NCBI GenBank assembly: GCA_038087875.1
Contig: JAXLNO010000275.1
Span: forward strand, 62,001-101,845
Length of the DNA stretch: 39,845 nt
From: Malacoraja senta
Lineage: Eukaryota
Direction of reading: 5' to 3'
This document shows positions 1 through 12,036 of this stretch, one piece after another; the stretch's first letter is position 1, and every line of letters begins with the position of its first letter. The translations under genes were made by a program, and so were the position numbers. The notes under the pieces were generated by a model. That model searched no databases. It was given only the letters and a program-made list of their open reading frames with translations, and was not told the origin of the DNA.

Positions 1-101
1 GGTGCCCGTTCACAGTGGGCATGGTTGGACAGGTATCTCCTACCCAGCAAGAGGGCAATGCCAAGCGGGTGACAACATCTCTACAGTGGGCAGAATGCTT
101 C

Positions 102-672
102 AGTTTAGTTTATTGTCACGTGTAGCGAGGTAGAGTGAAAAGCTTTTGTTGCACGTGCTAACCAGTCAGCGAAAGACAATACATGATTACAATCGAGCCG
201 TCCACAGTGTACAGATACGTGATAAGGGAATAACGTTTAGTGCAAGGTAAAGCCAGCAAAGTCCGATAAAAGATAGTCTGAGGGTCACCAATGAGGTAGA
301 TAGTAGTCAGGACCGCTCTCTGGTTGTGGTAGGGATGGTTCAGTTGCCTGATAACAGCTGGAAGAAACTGTCTCTGAATCTGGAGGTGTGTGCGCGTTTG
401 TTTTCACACTTCTGTATCTCTTGCCCGAGGGAGAGGGGGGAAGAGGGAGTGGCCGGGGGTGCAGCGACTGGTCCTCGATGATGCTGCTGGCCTTGCCCGA
501 GGCAGTGTGAGGTGTGGATGGAGTCCAGTGGAAGGGAGGTTGGGTTGCGTGATGGTCTGGGCTGCGTCACAATTCTCTGCGAATGTCTTGCGGTCTTGGC
601 GGAGCTGTTCCCAAACCGTGCAGCGTGCTTCCCGATAAAATGCTTTCTACGGCGCATCTGTAGAAATTGGTG
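102..672 (-). mobile_element. Rex1/Babar-clade LINE, 5'-truncated 3' fragment
   Basis: Minus strand encodes a degenerate ORF end (NFYRCAVESIL...HTSRFRDSFF) typical of Rex1/Babar RT C-termini, followed by a 3' UTR ending gtgacaataaactaaactg. Confidence 0.75.
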
Positions 673-796
673 AATATTCACCAAAGACCGAGTTGTTGGG
701 AGCTTCCTAAGCCCTCTAAGGAAGTAGAGTGGGCAGAATGTGGATATAAGTTCATCATTGCTCTTTTAACAGGAGGCAGGGATTGTCAAAGGAACA

Positions 797-918
797 GTTA
801 GACAGGGTACATGGATAGGACAGGTTTTAGAGGGATGTGGGCCAACGCGGGCAGGTGGGACTGGTGTAGATGGGGCATGTTGGGCAGGAGGGCCTGTTTC
901 CACGCTGTACCACTCTAG
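797..918 (+). mobile_element. CR1 (HER1-like) LINE 3' end
   Basis: gacagggtacatggatagg...gggcctgtttccacgctgta tail, shared with the SINE 3' end. Sibling copies lie near 8560-8955(-), 10010-10175(+), 13522-13705(-), 16565-16800(+) and 23240-23430(+). Confidence 0.7.
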
Positions 919-1359
919 GACTACGCCGCAGAGATCTGCGTGCCTGCACGCCTGGGGAAGAGACAATGGCGGTTTGAGGAGAAGGGCTGGGGTGTTTTTG
1001 AAATGGCGGCGTTTTGCGAGCACGGCCAGCCCACAATGGGCGAGGGAGCGTGGAGAGGGTGGGGAGCAGCGATGGGCAGAAACAGCACCGAGCAACACAT
1101 CGCCCTTCCCTCCGGAGGAAAAGCAACATTTCGCAAAGAGAATCGGTTCCCAGGAGTTGCCGTTGCCATAGAAACTGAGCTGCCGTTATCGTACAAAACA
1201 GAATGGGCCCAAGACCTTCCCCGCAGAGCAAAGAGATGGGGGTGGGGAGGGGGAGGGGGAGGGGAGGGGGGCGGGGAGGTGGTGAATCTGTTCTACAAAT
1301 AATTCCACTGTGAGTTTTTACAGACAAAGCTCGGTGAACGTTGAAAGCATTTACAGGCG

Positions 1360-1498
1360 CGTGTGTATGGGAAGGAACTGCAGGCGCTGGTTTAAACCGA
1401 AGATAGACGCAACATGCTGGAGTAACTGAGTGGGACAGGCAGCGTCTCTGGAGAGAAGGAATAGGTGACGTTTCGGGTCGAGACCCTTCCTCAGACCC
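1360..1498 (-). mobile_element. Penelope-like element terminal (pLTR) fragment with intact minimal hammerhead motif
   Basis: Minus strand: gggt CTGAGGA a gggtc tc gaccc GAAA CGTC acct, followed by the recurrent tail ttctctccagaga..gctgcctg..ttactccagca..ctgcagttcc. Confidence 0.7.
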
Positions 1499-1662
1499 TG
1501 CCATTTACAGGCACTGACCACACCGCCATTTTCAAATTCCCTTTCTCACTAGTCCCCCACAAATATATTCATTCCTCTTTTTATCCAGGAGATGGTGTCA
1601 GTCGCCATTGTAGTCAGTCTTATCTGTTTATCTGCACAGTGTTCACACCTGCAGCTGCAAGA

Positions 1663-1666
1663 ACAG

Positions 1667-1739
<73 letters not shown>

Positions 1740-1815
1740 TACACACACAGATACACACATGCACACACAGATACACACAGATACACACACAGACACACAC
1801 ACAGATACACACACA

Positions 1816-1875
<60 letters not shown>

Positions 1876-1898
1876 TACACACACACACACACACACAG

Positions 1899-1972
<74 letters not shown>

Positions 1973-2051
1973 TACACACACAAGATACACACATGCACAC
2001 ACAGATACACACAGATACACACACAGACACACACACAGATACACACACACA

Positions 2052-2111
<60 letters not shown>

Positions 2112-2134
2112 TACACACACACACACACACACAG

Positions 2135-2211
<77 letters not shown>

Positions 2212-2313
2212 TACACACACAGATACACACATGCACACACAGATACACACAGATATACACACAGACACACACACAGATACACACACACACACACATACAC
2301 ACACACACACACA

Positions 2314-2393
<80 letters not shown>

Positions 2394-2619
2394 TACACAC
2401 ACAGATACACACATGCACACACACAGACACACACACACACACACACACAGATACACACACAGATACACACATGCACACACACAGACACACACACACACAC
2501 ACACACACAGATACACACACAGACACACACACAGATACACACACAGACACACACACAGACACACACACACACACACACACACAGATACACACACAGACAC
2601 ACACACAGATACACACACA

Positions 2620-2663
<44 letters not shown>

Positions 2664-2698
2664 TACACACATGCACACACACATACACACACACACAG

Positions 2699-2792
<94 letters not shown>

Positions 2793-2890
2793 ACGCACAC
2801 ACACACACAGACACACACACAGATACACACACACACACAGATACACACATGCACACACACATACACACACACACAGATACACACACAGAC

Positions 2891-2935
<45 letters not shown>

Positions 2936-3630
2936 TACACACACACACACAGATACACACATGCACACACACACAGACACACACACACACACACACGCAC
3001 ACACACACAGATACACACACGCACACACACACACAGATACACACATGCACACACACACACACAGATACACACATGCACACACACACAGATACACACACGC
3101 ACACACACACAGATACACACACGCACACACACACACAGATACACACACAGATACACACACAGATACACACACGCACACACACACACATAGATACACACAC
3201 AGGATACACACACAGATACACACACAGATACACACACAGATACACACACAGACATGCGCGCGCACACATACACAGATACACACACACACACAGATACACC
3301 CACAACACGGATACACCAACACATACACAGATACAGAACCACACATACACAGAACCACACACACACAGATACACACACAGATACACACACGCACACACAC
3401 ACACACACACAGATACACACACAGATACACACACAGACATGCGCGCGCACACATACACAGATACACACACGCACACAGATACACACAGATACACACAGAT
3501 ACACACACAAACACGGATACACCAACACACACACAGACACAGAACCACACATACACAGAACCACACACACACACACACATACACGCTTGCACACACACAG
3601 AACCACACACACACACACACACACACACAG
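1663..3630. repeat. ~2 kb compound (CA)n microsatellite with AGAT/ATGC interruptions
   Basis: Seen directly. It explains the His-Thr and Cys-Val ORFs in the track. Confidence 0.98.
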
Positions 3631-3948
3631 TACAGCCTTCAGTCACTCAACCAGGTAACCTCCACACACAAGACAGACACAAAATGCTGGAGTATCTCAG
3701 CGGGTCAGGCAGCATTTCTGCAGAACATGGATAGGTGACGTTTCAGGTCGGAACCCTTCTTCAGCCTGAAGGTAGTGGGTGGAGGAGGGTGGGGGGTTGG
3801 AAGGGAAAGTTGGAAGAGAGGTGGGGATGGACAATGCCTGGCGAGGAGTGATAGGTGGATACAGGTGAAAGGGTGTTTGACAGGCAGATGGTTGGACAAA
3901 GGCCAGCGATGAAAAGACAAAAAGTGTGAGGTAAGGATGGAAGCAGTA

Positions 3949-4259
3949 ACGGTGGCGCAGCGGTAGAGTTGCTGCCTTACAGAGAATACAGCGCCGGAAA
4001 CCCGGGTTCGATCCCGACTACGGGTGCTGTCTCTACGGAGTTTGTACGTTCTCCCCGTGACCTGCGTGGGTTTTCTCCGACATCTTCGGTTTCCTCCCAC
4101 ACTCCAAAGACGTACAGGTTTGTAGGTTAATTGGCTTGGCGTAAATGTAAAAATTGTCCCTGGTGGGTGTCGGATAGCGTTAGTGTGCGGGGATCGCTGG
4201 TCGGCGCGGACCCGGTGGCCTAAGGGCCTGTTTCCACGCTGCATCTCTAAACTAAACTA
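3949..4259 (+). mobile_element. tRNA-derived V-SINE (HE1-like), full length
   Basis: A box ggtggcgcagcggt, B box ggttcgatcc, V-domain ggagtttgtacgttctccccgtg...ggtttcctcccacactccaaagac, and a CR1-like tail with (taaac)n. Confidence 0.85.
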
Positions 4260-4301
4260 CGAGGTATGAATTGTGAAGCCAGAGGAAGGAATAGAGGGGA
4301 T

Positions 4302-4637
4302 GGGGACTGGGCTGGGGAGGGGGGCTGGAGCTGGGGAGGGGGGCTGGAAGCTGGGGAGAGGGGGCTGGGAGCTGGGGAGGGGGGCTGGGAGCTGGGGATG
4401 GGGGGCTGGGGAGCTGGGAGGGGGGGCTGGGAGCTGGGAGGGGGGGCTGGGAGCTGGGGAGGGGGGGGCTGGGAGCTGGGGAGGGGGGGGCTGGAGAGGG
4501 GGGGCTGGGAGCTGGGGAGTGGGGGCTGGGAGCTGGGGAGGGGGGGCTGGGAGCTGGGGAGGGGGGGGGCTGGAGCTGGGGAGGGGGGGGGGCTGGGAGC
4601 TGGGAGGGGGGGGGCTGGGAGCTGGGAGGGGGGTGGG
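4302..4637 (+). repeat. G-rich minisatellite (GGGGCTGGGAGCTGGGGA-like)
   Basis: Tandem ~19-24 nt units with multiple G-runs. Confidence 0.95.
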
Positions 4638-4979
4638 TGAGAAAGGGGCAGGATTGTGAGAAAATGGGTGCAAGTTCGGTGGGGCAGAGGTAAGAGGGGA
4701 ATGGGGGTCTTTTGTTATTTACCTAAATTGGAGAATTCAATGTCCACGTCGTGCGGTTGTCAGCTACCCAAGTGGTATACGAGGTGTTTTGCTTTACATT
4801 TGAGAGTTACAGCATGGAAACAGGCCTTCCGAGCCCGCACTGACACTAACACTAACACTCTCCTACACACACTCGGGACAATTTACAATTATACCAGGCC
4901 GATCAGCCTACAAAACTGTTGGCGCGGACTTGGTGGGCCGAAGGGCCTGAGTCCGCCCTGTATCTCAAAACTACAGTAA

Positions 4980-5387
4980 ATTAGGAAGTTTGGAGATGTC
5001 TGAGAACTTACACTTGGAAAAAATTACTTGTCTTAATTGACAAACCAGAATCATTTGCTCGAATATGGTCTCCATTGATTGATTTCTGAAAGGGTAAATT
5101 GGTTCAACACGGAAGCTTGACTGAAACTTGAATCCAGGATTGGATGAATAATTAAACTTCATAATCTACGGACATATCTCCAAAATTGTGTTATTGTAAA
5201 ATTCTCTTTTTTTTTTTTTTTTTTCCTCCCTCCCTTCATTCTATAGCTCTATCTTTCAAAAAATCTATTTAAAAAAATAAACAAATAGAAGCTGTGTTAA
5301 TATGTAATTAGTAAACAAACTGTGTTTTGATTATGATATGTATATGCTTCTAATAAAAATATTTAAAAAAATAAAATTAAATAAAAA
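4980..5387 (+). mobile_element. L1-clade LINE 3' end (degenerate)
   Basis: Frameshifted ORF2 end EMSENLHLEKI / LIDKPESFARIWSPLIDF, T-rich 3' UTR, aataaa and A-rich tail. Similar to the L1 end at 36866-37343. Confidence 0.6.
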
Positions 5388-5799
5388 CTAGGAAGTGGAG
5401 CTGAAAGACCACGGGAGAAAAATAATAAAAATGGAAAATGAGATTTGCTCGTCGGTTCCGGGGTAACTCGGTAAAATAATACGAGTGGTTCTGCTGTCTG
5501 TCCTTTGAGGCTGTCTGGAACCTGATCACATTGTCTCTGGTTATAAGTGGCTGGATGCTAGGTTGCTCCACCATCTCTGTCTGCTGGGGCACTACCAAAG
5601 GTTGTGTTTGTGTTCAAACAGGCGATCGGATGTTGTCAACATCAATGTCTACAAGGACGGCCTCCCATCCAGACCCCACGTTCCACAGCCCTGGGAAATA
5701 CTTCATTAGCTGCTCCAGTCCCAGCCCGGTTCAAGATACAGGATTGTTACGAGGTGTGAAACAGAGAGAAGGCAGCAGGCGGGAGAGAATGGAGAAGGA

Positions 5800-6445
5800 G
5801 GTGCGGGGTTAGAGTTTGCTGCCTCACGGTTCAATCTTATAGAAACGTACAAAATTCTTAAGGGGTTGGACAGGCTAGATGCAGAAGATTGTTCCCGATG
5901 TTGGGGAAGTCCAGAACAAGGGTCACGGTTTAAGGATAAAGGAGAAATCTTTTAGGACTGAGATGAGAAAACATTTTTCACACAGAGAGTGGTGAATCTC
6001 TGAACTCTCTGCCACAGAGGGTAGTTGAGGCCAGTTCATTGGCTATATTTAAGAGGGAGTTAGATGTGGCCCTTGTGGCTAAAGGATCAGGGGGTATGGA
6101 GAGAAGCAGGTACGGGATACTGAGTTGGATGATCAGCCATGATCATATTGAATGGCGGTGCAGGCTCGAAGGGCCGAATGGCCTACTCCTGCACCTATTT
6201 TCTATGTTTCTATGATCCTGACTACGGGTGCTGTCTGTACGGAGTTTGCACGTTCCCCCGTGACCTGCGTGGGTTTTCTCCAGGTGCTCCGGTTTCCTCC
6301 CACACTCAAAGACGTGCGAGGTTGTAGGTTAATTGGCTTGGGTATAATTAGTGTGTGTGGGATCGTGCTAGTGTGCCGGGGATCGCTGGTCGGCGCGGAC
6401 CCGGAGGGCCGATGGGGCTGAGTCCTCGCTGTATCTCTAAATTAA
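5800..6445 (+). mobile_element. V-SINE split by a CR1 3' fragment (CR1 ~5835-6213)
   Basis: SINE head (gttgctgcctcac..ggttcaatc), then CR1 (ttatagaaacgtacaaaattcttaagggg...cctattttctatgtttctatg), then SINE resumes at atcctgactacgggtgctg. Confidence 0.8.
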
Positions 6446-6530
6446 AAAAAAAACAATAAGCTGAGCAAAAGAAATAAATAAAAATAAATCTAAAGAAAGG
6501 AGAACGAAATAGAGTAACAGAACGGAGGGA

Positions 6531-7330
6531 AGCATAAAGGTCATAAGGTCATACGTAATGGGGCAGAATTAGGCCATTCGGCCCATCAAGTCTACTCCGC
6601 CATTCAATCATGGCTGATCTATCTCACCCTCCTAACCCCATTCTCCAGCCTTCAACCCATAACCTCTGACACCCGCACTAATCAGAATCTATCCATCTCT
6701 GCCTTAAATATATCCATTGACTTGTGGCCTCCACAGCCTTCTGCGCAAAGAGTTCCACAGATTTCGCCACCCTCTGACAAAGGGGGGCAATGGGATTACT
6801 CTGCCGGTAGTGTACGAGGAAATGAAACGTGGAAGGCAATCCTGGATTTTTCCTGGAGAATGCTGGAAGCATTGAAAGCAACAGCGGCTTCGTCCGCCCC
6901 GAATGTTCCCCGGAAAATTCCCAGGCATCCTGAGAACATGGAAAAATAGAAAATAGGTGCAGGGAGTAGGCCATTCAGCCCCTCGAGCCAGCACCACCAT
7001 TCAATATGATCATGGCTGATCACCCAGAATCAGTACCCGTTCCTGTTTTTCCCCCATATCCCTTGATTCCTTTAGCTCTAACTCTTGAAACATGGCCTCC
7101 ACTGCCTTCTGTGGCAGCGAATTCCACAGATTCACAACTCTCTGGGTGAATACGATTTCCTCATCTCAGTCCTAAATGGCCGTCCCCTTATTCTGGATCT
7201 GGATGTGGTACGTTGAAAGGTTCTAGGTAGAGCATCACTCAGAACTTACACAGCACTGTGTGACCCCCTGGTTCTGGACTCCCCACCCAACACGGGGAAC
7301 ATTTTTCCTGCTTCTAGCCTGTCCAATCCT
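6531..7330 (-). mobile_element. Two CR1 3' fragments (~6531-6778 and ~6940-7330)
   Basis: Reverse complements of CR1 3' ends (ggccattcggcccatcaagtctactccgcc; aataggtgcagggagtaggccattc). Confidence 0.75.
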
Positions 7331-7507
7331 TCGCTGCATCCCGCAGGAATGCAATCCCTCTCTGCGTGGTGAAAACTTCATGGAACTCAAGTGGCAGAGC
7401 TTCAACATTCACCAATTGCCCAGACATTACGCTGGGAATTCTGTAACGTGGAATCCGTGTCGGTCAGGAGCAGGGCAGCGAAAACTCAACTAAGAATGAC
7501 GGGCCAT

Positions 7508-7730
7508 GAGAGGGAGAGAGGGAGAGGGGGAGAGGGGGAGAGAGGGGGAGAGGGGAGAGGGGAGAGGGGAGAGGGGGAGAGGGGGAGAGGGGGAGAGGGG
7601 GAGAGGGGGAGGGAGAGGGAGAGGGGGAGAGGGGAGAGAGGGGGAGAGGGGGAGAGGGGGAGAGGGGGGGAGAGGGGAGAGGGGGAGAGTGGGAGAGGGG
7701 AGGGGGAGAGAGAGAGAGGGAGAGAGAGAG
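7508..7730 (+). repeat. (GGGGGAGA/GGGAGA)n purine tract
   Basis: Seen directly. Confidence 0.95.
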
Positions 7731-7835
7731 AACTTTCTGGTAGTTCACTTACTCTCGCTATAATGGAATCAATGTTTATATATTTCATATTTAAGTTTCT
7801 TTAACATAACTGTTTTTGGAAGGGATTGTTTTTGA

Positions 7836-8283
7836 ACGGTGGGGCAGTGGTGAGTTGCTGCCTTAGAGACGTGGGTTCGATCCTGACTACGGGCGCTGTC
7901 TGTACGGAGTTTGTACCTTCTCCCCGTGACCTGCGTGGGTTTTCTCCGAGATCTCCGTTTCTCCCACAGTCCTAAGACGTACCGGTTTGCGGGTTAATCT
8001 GCTCGGTATAAATGTACCAGTGTCCTAGTGTAGGGTGGTGTTAGTGTGCGGGGATCGCTGGTTGGTGCGGGCTTTCAAGAGAGAGCTAGACAGGGCTCTT
8101 AAAGATGGCGGAGTCAGGGGATATGGGGAGAAGGCAGGAACGGGGTACTGATTGGGGATGATCAGCCATGATCACATTGAATGGCGGTGCTGGCTCGAAG
8201 GGCCGAATGGCCTACTCCTGCACCTATTGTCTATTGACTCGGTGGGCCGAAGGCCTGTTTCCGCCCTGCATCTTGAAACTAAA
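7836..8283 (+). mobile_element. V-SINE with a CR1 3' end (8071-8236) inserted in its tail
   Basis: V-domain present. A CR1 tail ending cctattgtctattg lies between ggtgcgg and actcggtgggccgaagg. Confidence 0.75.
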
Positions 8284-8974
8284 AGTTATCCAATAAAAGA
8301 CTCCTGAGGCTTTCCTGCCTTTGCAAGAATTAGGTCAGGACGATTCAGAAATAGAAACCAGATTATTATCACGCAGACACACACTAACAACAGATAAGAA
8401 TATCACACCACCCATCCACTGACTCCTAGCTAATATCTCCAAACTCATTCAATATTCATGTTGCATTGACCATTAACTGATTCACGGATAATATTCCAAT
8501 GACTGATTAACGGATTCATTACCAAATATGCTGCTTACTTCTTAAATATTCATCACTTATAGAGTCACAGAGTGATACAGTGTGGAAACAGGCCCAACTT
8601 GCCCACACCTGCCACATGCCCCATCTACACTAGTCCCACCAGCTCGCGTTTGGCCATATCCCTCCAAACCTGTCCTGTCCATCTACCGTCTAAATGTTTC
8701 TTAAACATTGGGATAGTCCCAGCCTCAACTACCTCCTCTGGCAGCTCGTTCCATAGAAACATAGAAAATAGGTGCAGGAGGAGGCCAATCGGCCCTTCAA
8801 GCCAGCACCGGCATTCATTGTGATCATGGCTGGTCGTCCCCAATCAATAACCCATAGAAACATAGAAAATAGGTGCAGGAGGAGGCCATTCAGCACTAAG
8901 GGTCGATCCCGTACACCCACCACCCTTTGTGTGGAAAAAGTTACCCCTCGGATTCCTGTTACATTGAGCTAATG

Positions 8975-9300
8975 TTTCAGCATCTCTGGAGAAAAGAATA
9001 GGCGGCGTTTGGGTCGAGACCCTTCTTCAGACTGAGAGTCTGGGAGACGGAAACACGACATGTAGACAATGATAGAGTGAGATATAGAACAAATGAATGA
9101 CAGATATGCAAACAAAGATATGATGATAAAGAGAGTTGGCATTGTTAGCTGTGGGCTAGGTGAAAATGAGTTACAGACAATGAGACTCAACATGGCCACT
9201 ATGACTTGGCTGGGGGAGGGACAAGAGAGAGAGGGATGCAAGGGTTACTTGAACATAGCAAAATCAATATCCATACCGCTGGGTTGCAAGCTGCCCAAGT
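8975..9300 (-). mobile_element. Penelope-like element 3' fragment
   Basis: Minus strand LGSLQPSGMDIDFAMFK* ORF end, a 3' region and a degenerate hammerhead motif at ~9000-9033. Confidence 0.7.
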
Positions 9301-9402
9301 TTTCTCAAGTTTCACTAACATCAGACAAGGATTTCTCCCCAATTCCTTGCTCACATGCGACGGTTTATTTTATAATAACACGCATCTGTGGAGGGAAATA
9401 AG

Positions 9403-9745
9403 TGGTCATAAGTGATAGGAGCAGAATCAGGCCATTCGGCCATCAGGTCTCCTCCGTCATTCAATCAGGGCTGATCTATCTCTTTCTCCGAACCCCATTC
9501 TCCTGCCTTCTCCCCATAACCCCTGACACCCGAGCTAATCAAGAATCTATCTATCTCTGCCTTAAAGATATCCACTGACTTGGCCCCCACAGCCTTGTGT
9601 GGCATAGATTCACCACCATATGACTGAAGAAATATCTCCTCGTCTCCTTCGTGAAGGAACGTCCTTTAATTCCGAGGCTGTGCCCTCTGGTCCTTGGCTC
9701 TCCCACTCGTGGAAACATCCTCTCCACATCCACTCCATCCAGGCC
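9403..9745 (-). mobile_element. CR1 LINE 3' fragment
   Basis: Minus ORF DVERMFPRVGEPRTRGHSLGIKGRSF followed by the CR1 3' UTR. Confidence 0.8.
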
Positions 9746-10756
9746 CTACTAACACGTGGTTGGTTTCCTCATAATACCACACAGGCACATTAACCAAGTT
9801 ATTAATAAAATCGGACTGACCTCATGAACCAACTTATTACTAAAAGTAGACACGGACTGTCTTATCATCAATATAATACTGATCTATTTCATCAGGCAAT
9901 TCAAGTGAGACCTTGCAGATTAACGCAAGATAAGGAGTGTGGCCAAGAGGAAATAAGTGGGAATATGAGAATGTTATGGTAGTTCATAAAATCCAGTTGC
10001 TGTGAGACCAGTGGACTATCCCATCGTTTAAGAAACAGTTGGACAGGTACATGGATAGGACAGGTTTGGAGGGTATGGACCAAAGCCAAGGCAAGTGGGA
10101 CTGGGGTAGCTGGGACATTGTTGGCCGGTGCGGGCGAGTTGGGCCGAAGGGCCTGTTTCCACACTGTATGAGTCTAGTGGAGCTGTTTGCTAGCATTGAG
10201 GAAGGGGACATTGGGCAGGCCTGGAATATTACAGCACAGAACTGTACTCCAGCACAGGAACAGGCCCTTCGGCCCACAATATCTGTGCTGAACATGATGG
10301 CCAAGACCCACTCAGTCTGCCTGCACATTATCCATATGGTGCTGGCTCAAAGGGCCGAATGGCCTACTCCTGCACCTATTGTCTATTGTCTACATTCCTT
10401 GTCGGAGAGATGTTGAGGGCGTGGATCTGGCGATGGATAAAGTTCTGAATAAGGTCTCGACCCGAAACGTCACCCATTCCTTCCCTCCAGAGATGCTGCC
10501 TGTCCCGCTGAGTTACTCCAACATTTTGTGTCCGTCTCCATTCCTTGCTCATCCACGTGCCTCTCCAATAGTTCAATGGTGCCTCAGTGTCACATGTACA
10601 AACTCACAATGACACTCTTTCCTCACCTACAGTTCAGTAAAGTTTGGCCAGACCCCAGCACAACTCTCGACCTGCAGAGTGTACAGAAATAGTCGCTGAG
10701 CCCACACATAAGAGGCGCCAGGGTTTGGTGTCATTTTCAAAGTTCAGTCCGTGCAA

Positions 10757-11347
10757 TTCTCTGCAGTTGTACAGAGCCCTAGTGAGACCACACCTGGTGT
10801 ATTGCGGGCAGTTTCGGTTCCCTAATTTGAGGAAGGACATTCTTGCTATTGAGGGAGTGCAGCGTAGGTTTACAAGGTTAATTCCCAGGATGGCAGGACT
10901 GTCATATGCTGAGAGAATGGAGCGGCTGGGCTTGTACACTCTGGAGTTTAGAAGGATGAGAGGGCATCTCATTCAACAGATAAGATTGTTACGGGTTTGG
11001 ACACGCTGGAGGCTGGAAACATGTTCCCGATGTTGGGGGAGTCCAGAACCAGGGGCCACACAGTTTAAGAATAAGGAGTAAGCCATTTAGAACGGAGACG
11101 ATGAAACACTTTTTCTCACAGAGAATGGTGAGTCTGTGGAATTCTCTGCCTCAGAGGGCGGTGGAGGCAGGTTCTCTCTGGATGCTTTCAAGAGAGAGCT
11201 AGATAGGCTCTTAAAATAGCGGAGTCAGGGGATATGGGGAGAAGGCAGGAACTGGGTACTGATTGGGGATGATCAGCCATGATCACATTGGATGGCGGTG
11301 CTGGCTCAAAGGGCCAAATGGCCTACTCCTGCACCTATTGTCTATTG
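10757..11347 (+). mobile_element. CR1 LINE 3' fragment
   Basis: LQLYRALVRPHLVYCGQF...IEGVQRRFTRLIP, the CR1 ORF2 C-terminus, plus the 3' UTR. Confidence 0.9.
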
Positions 11348-12036
11348 ATCTGGACGTTGGAGAAGTCTCTTAAATGCCACGATCGTATCCATCTGCACAC
11401 AATCCACACACCTTCCATTCCCGCCTGCCCATGAACCTACCCTCTCAAACGCCACGCTTGTATCAGCCTCCACCACCTCCAGAGTTGCCGCCTGGCCCGC
11501 TGAGTTACTCCGCGGTCTATCTCTGGGGGGAAACCTACGTGGTCACGGGGAGAACGTGCAAACTCCGCCCAGACAGCATCTTAGGTCAGGATCGAACAGG
11601 CAGTTTCTGGAACAACCAGGCAGTGTCTCTACCAACTGCACCACCGTGCTGGCCACAATATTGACTGAATCAGGACCCAATCCTTCACACGTTGACCCAC
11701 TGATTAACTTATAACTAATATCACACTGACCTGCTGGTGATTCTTTACTCATTTCTCACTGGTCCATAATTACAAATATCAGTCCTAATCATAAACAGAT
11801 TCATCACTAATTTCATTCAATTATTCAGGGCTATTAATATATCAATCATTTAATAATTCATATTCCAGTGATCCAAAATACTATTCCTCACCAGTATTGT
11901 TCTGACACTGTGATCAATGCATTTTTTTAAATCTATGACAGAGATCCAATTGACCACTTCATTACAGGTTCCCCACTGACTCATTGACTAATTCATAACT
12001 AATATCTCACTGATACATTAACCGAATATTCAAAGG

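Larger units (their letters stand above)
3665..4790 (-). mobile_element. Penelope-like element 3' fragment interrupted by a SINE and a G-rich repeat
   Basis: 4718-4790 minus is a degenerate GIY-YIG C-terminus (HLVYHLGS..DIEFSNL). A hammerhead-like motif lies at ~3733-3766 and the pLTR tail at 3665-3732. Confidence 0.6.

Noticed and set aside
1465..3738. Very long His/Thr- and Cys/Val-rich ORFs (up to 757 aa)
   Set aside because: Translations of a (CA)n microsatellite, open in nearly all frames. The same applies to ORFs at 20.3-21.2, 31.5-33.0, 34.5-35.4 and 38.8-39.3 kb.
3949..4025. tRNA gene
   Set aside because: A/B boxes belong to tRNA-derived SINE heads that continue into a V-domain, with many diverged copies.
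4257..4673. Pro-rich and Gly-rich ORFs; also 7391-7804 and 33376-34471
   Set aside because: Low-complexity G/GA repeats with no splice or codon evidence.
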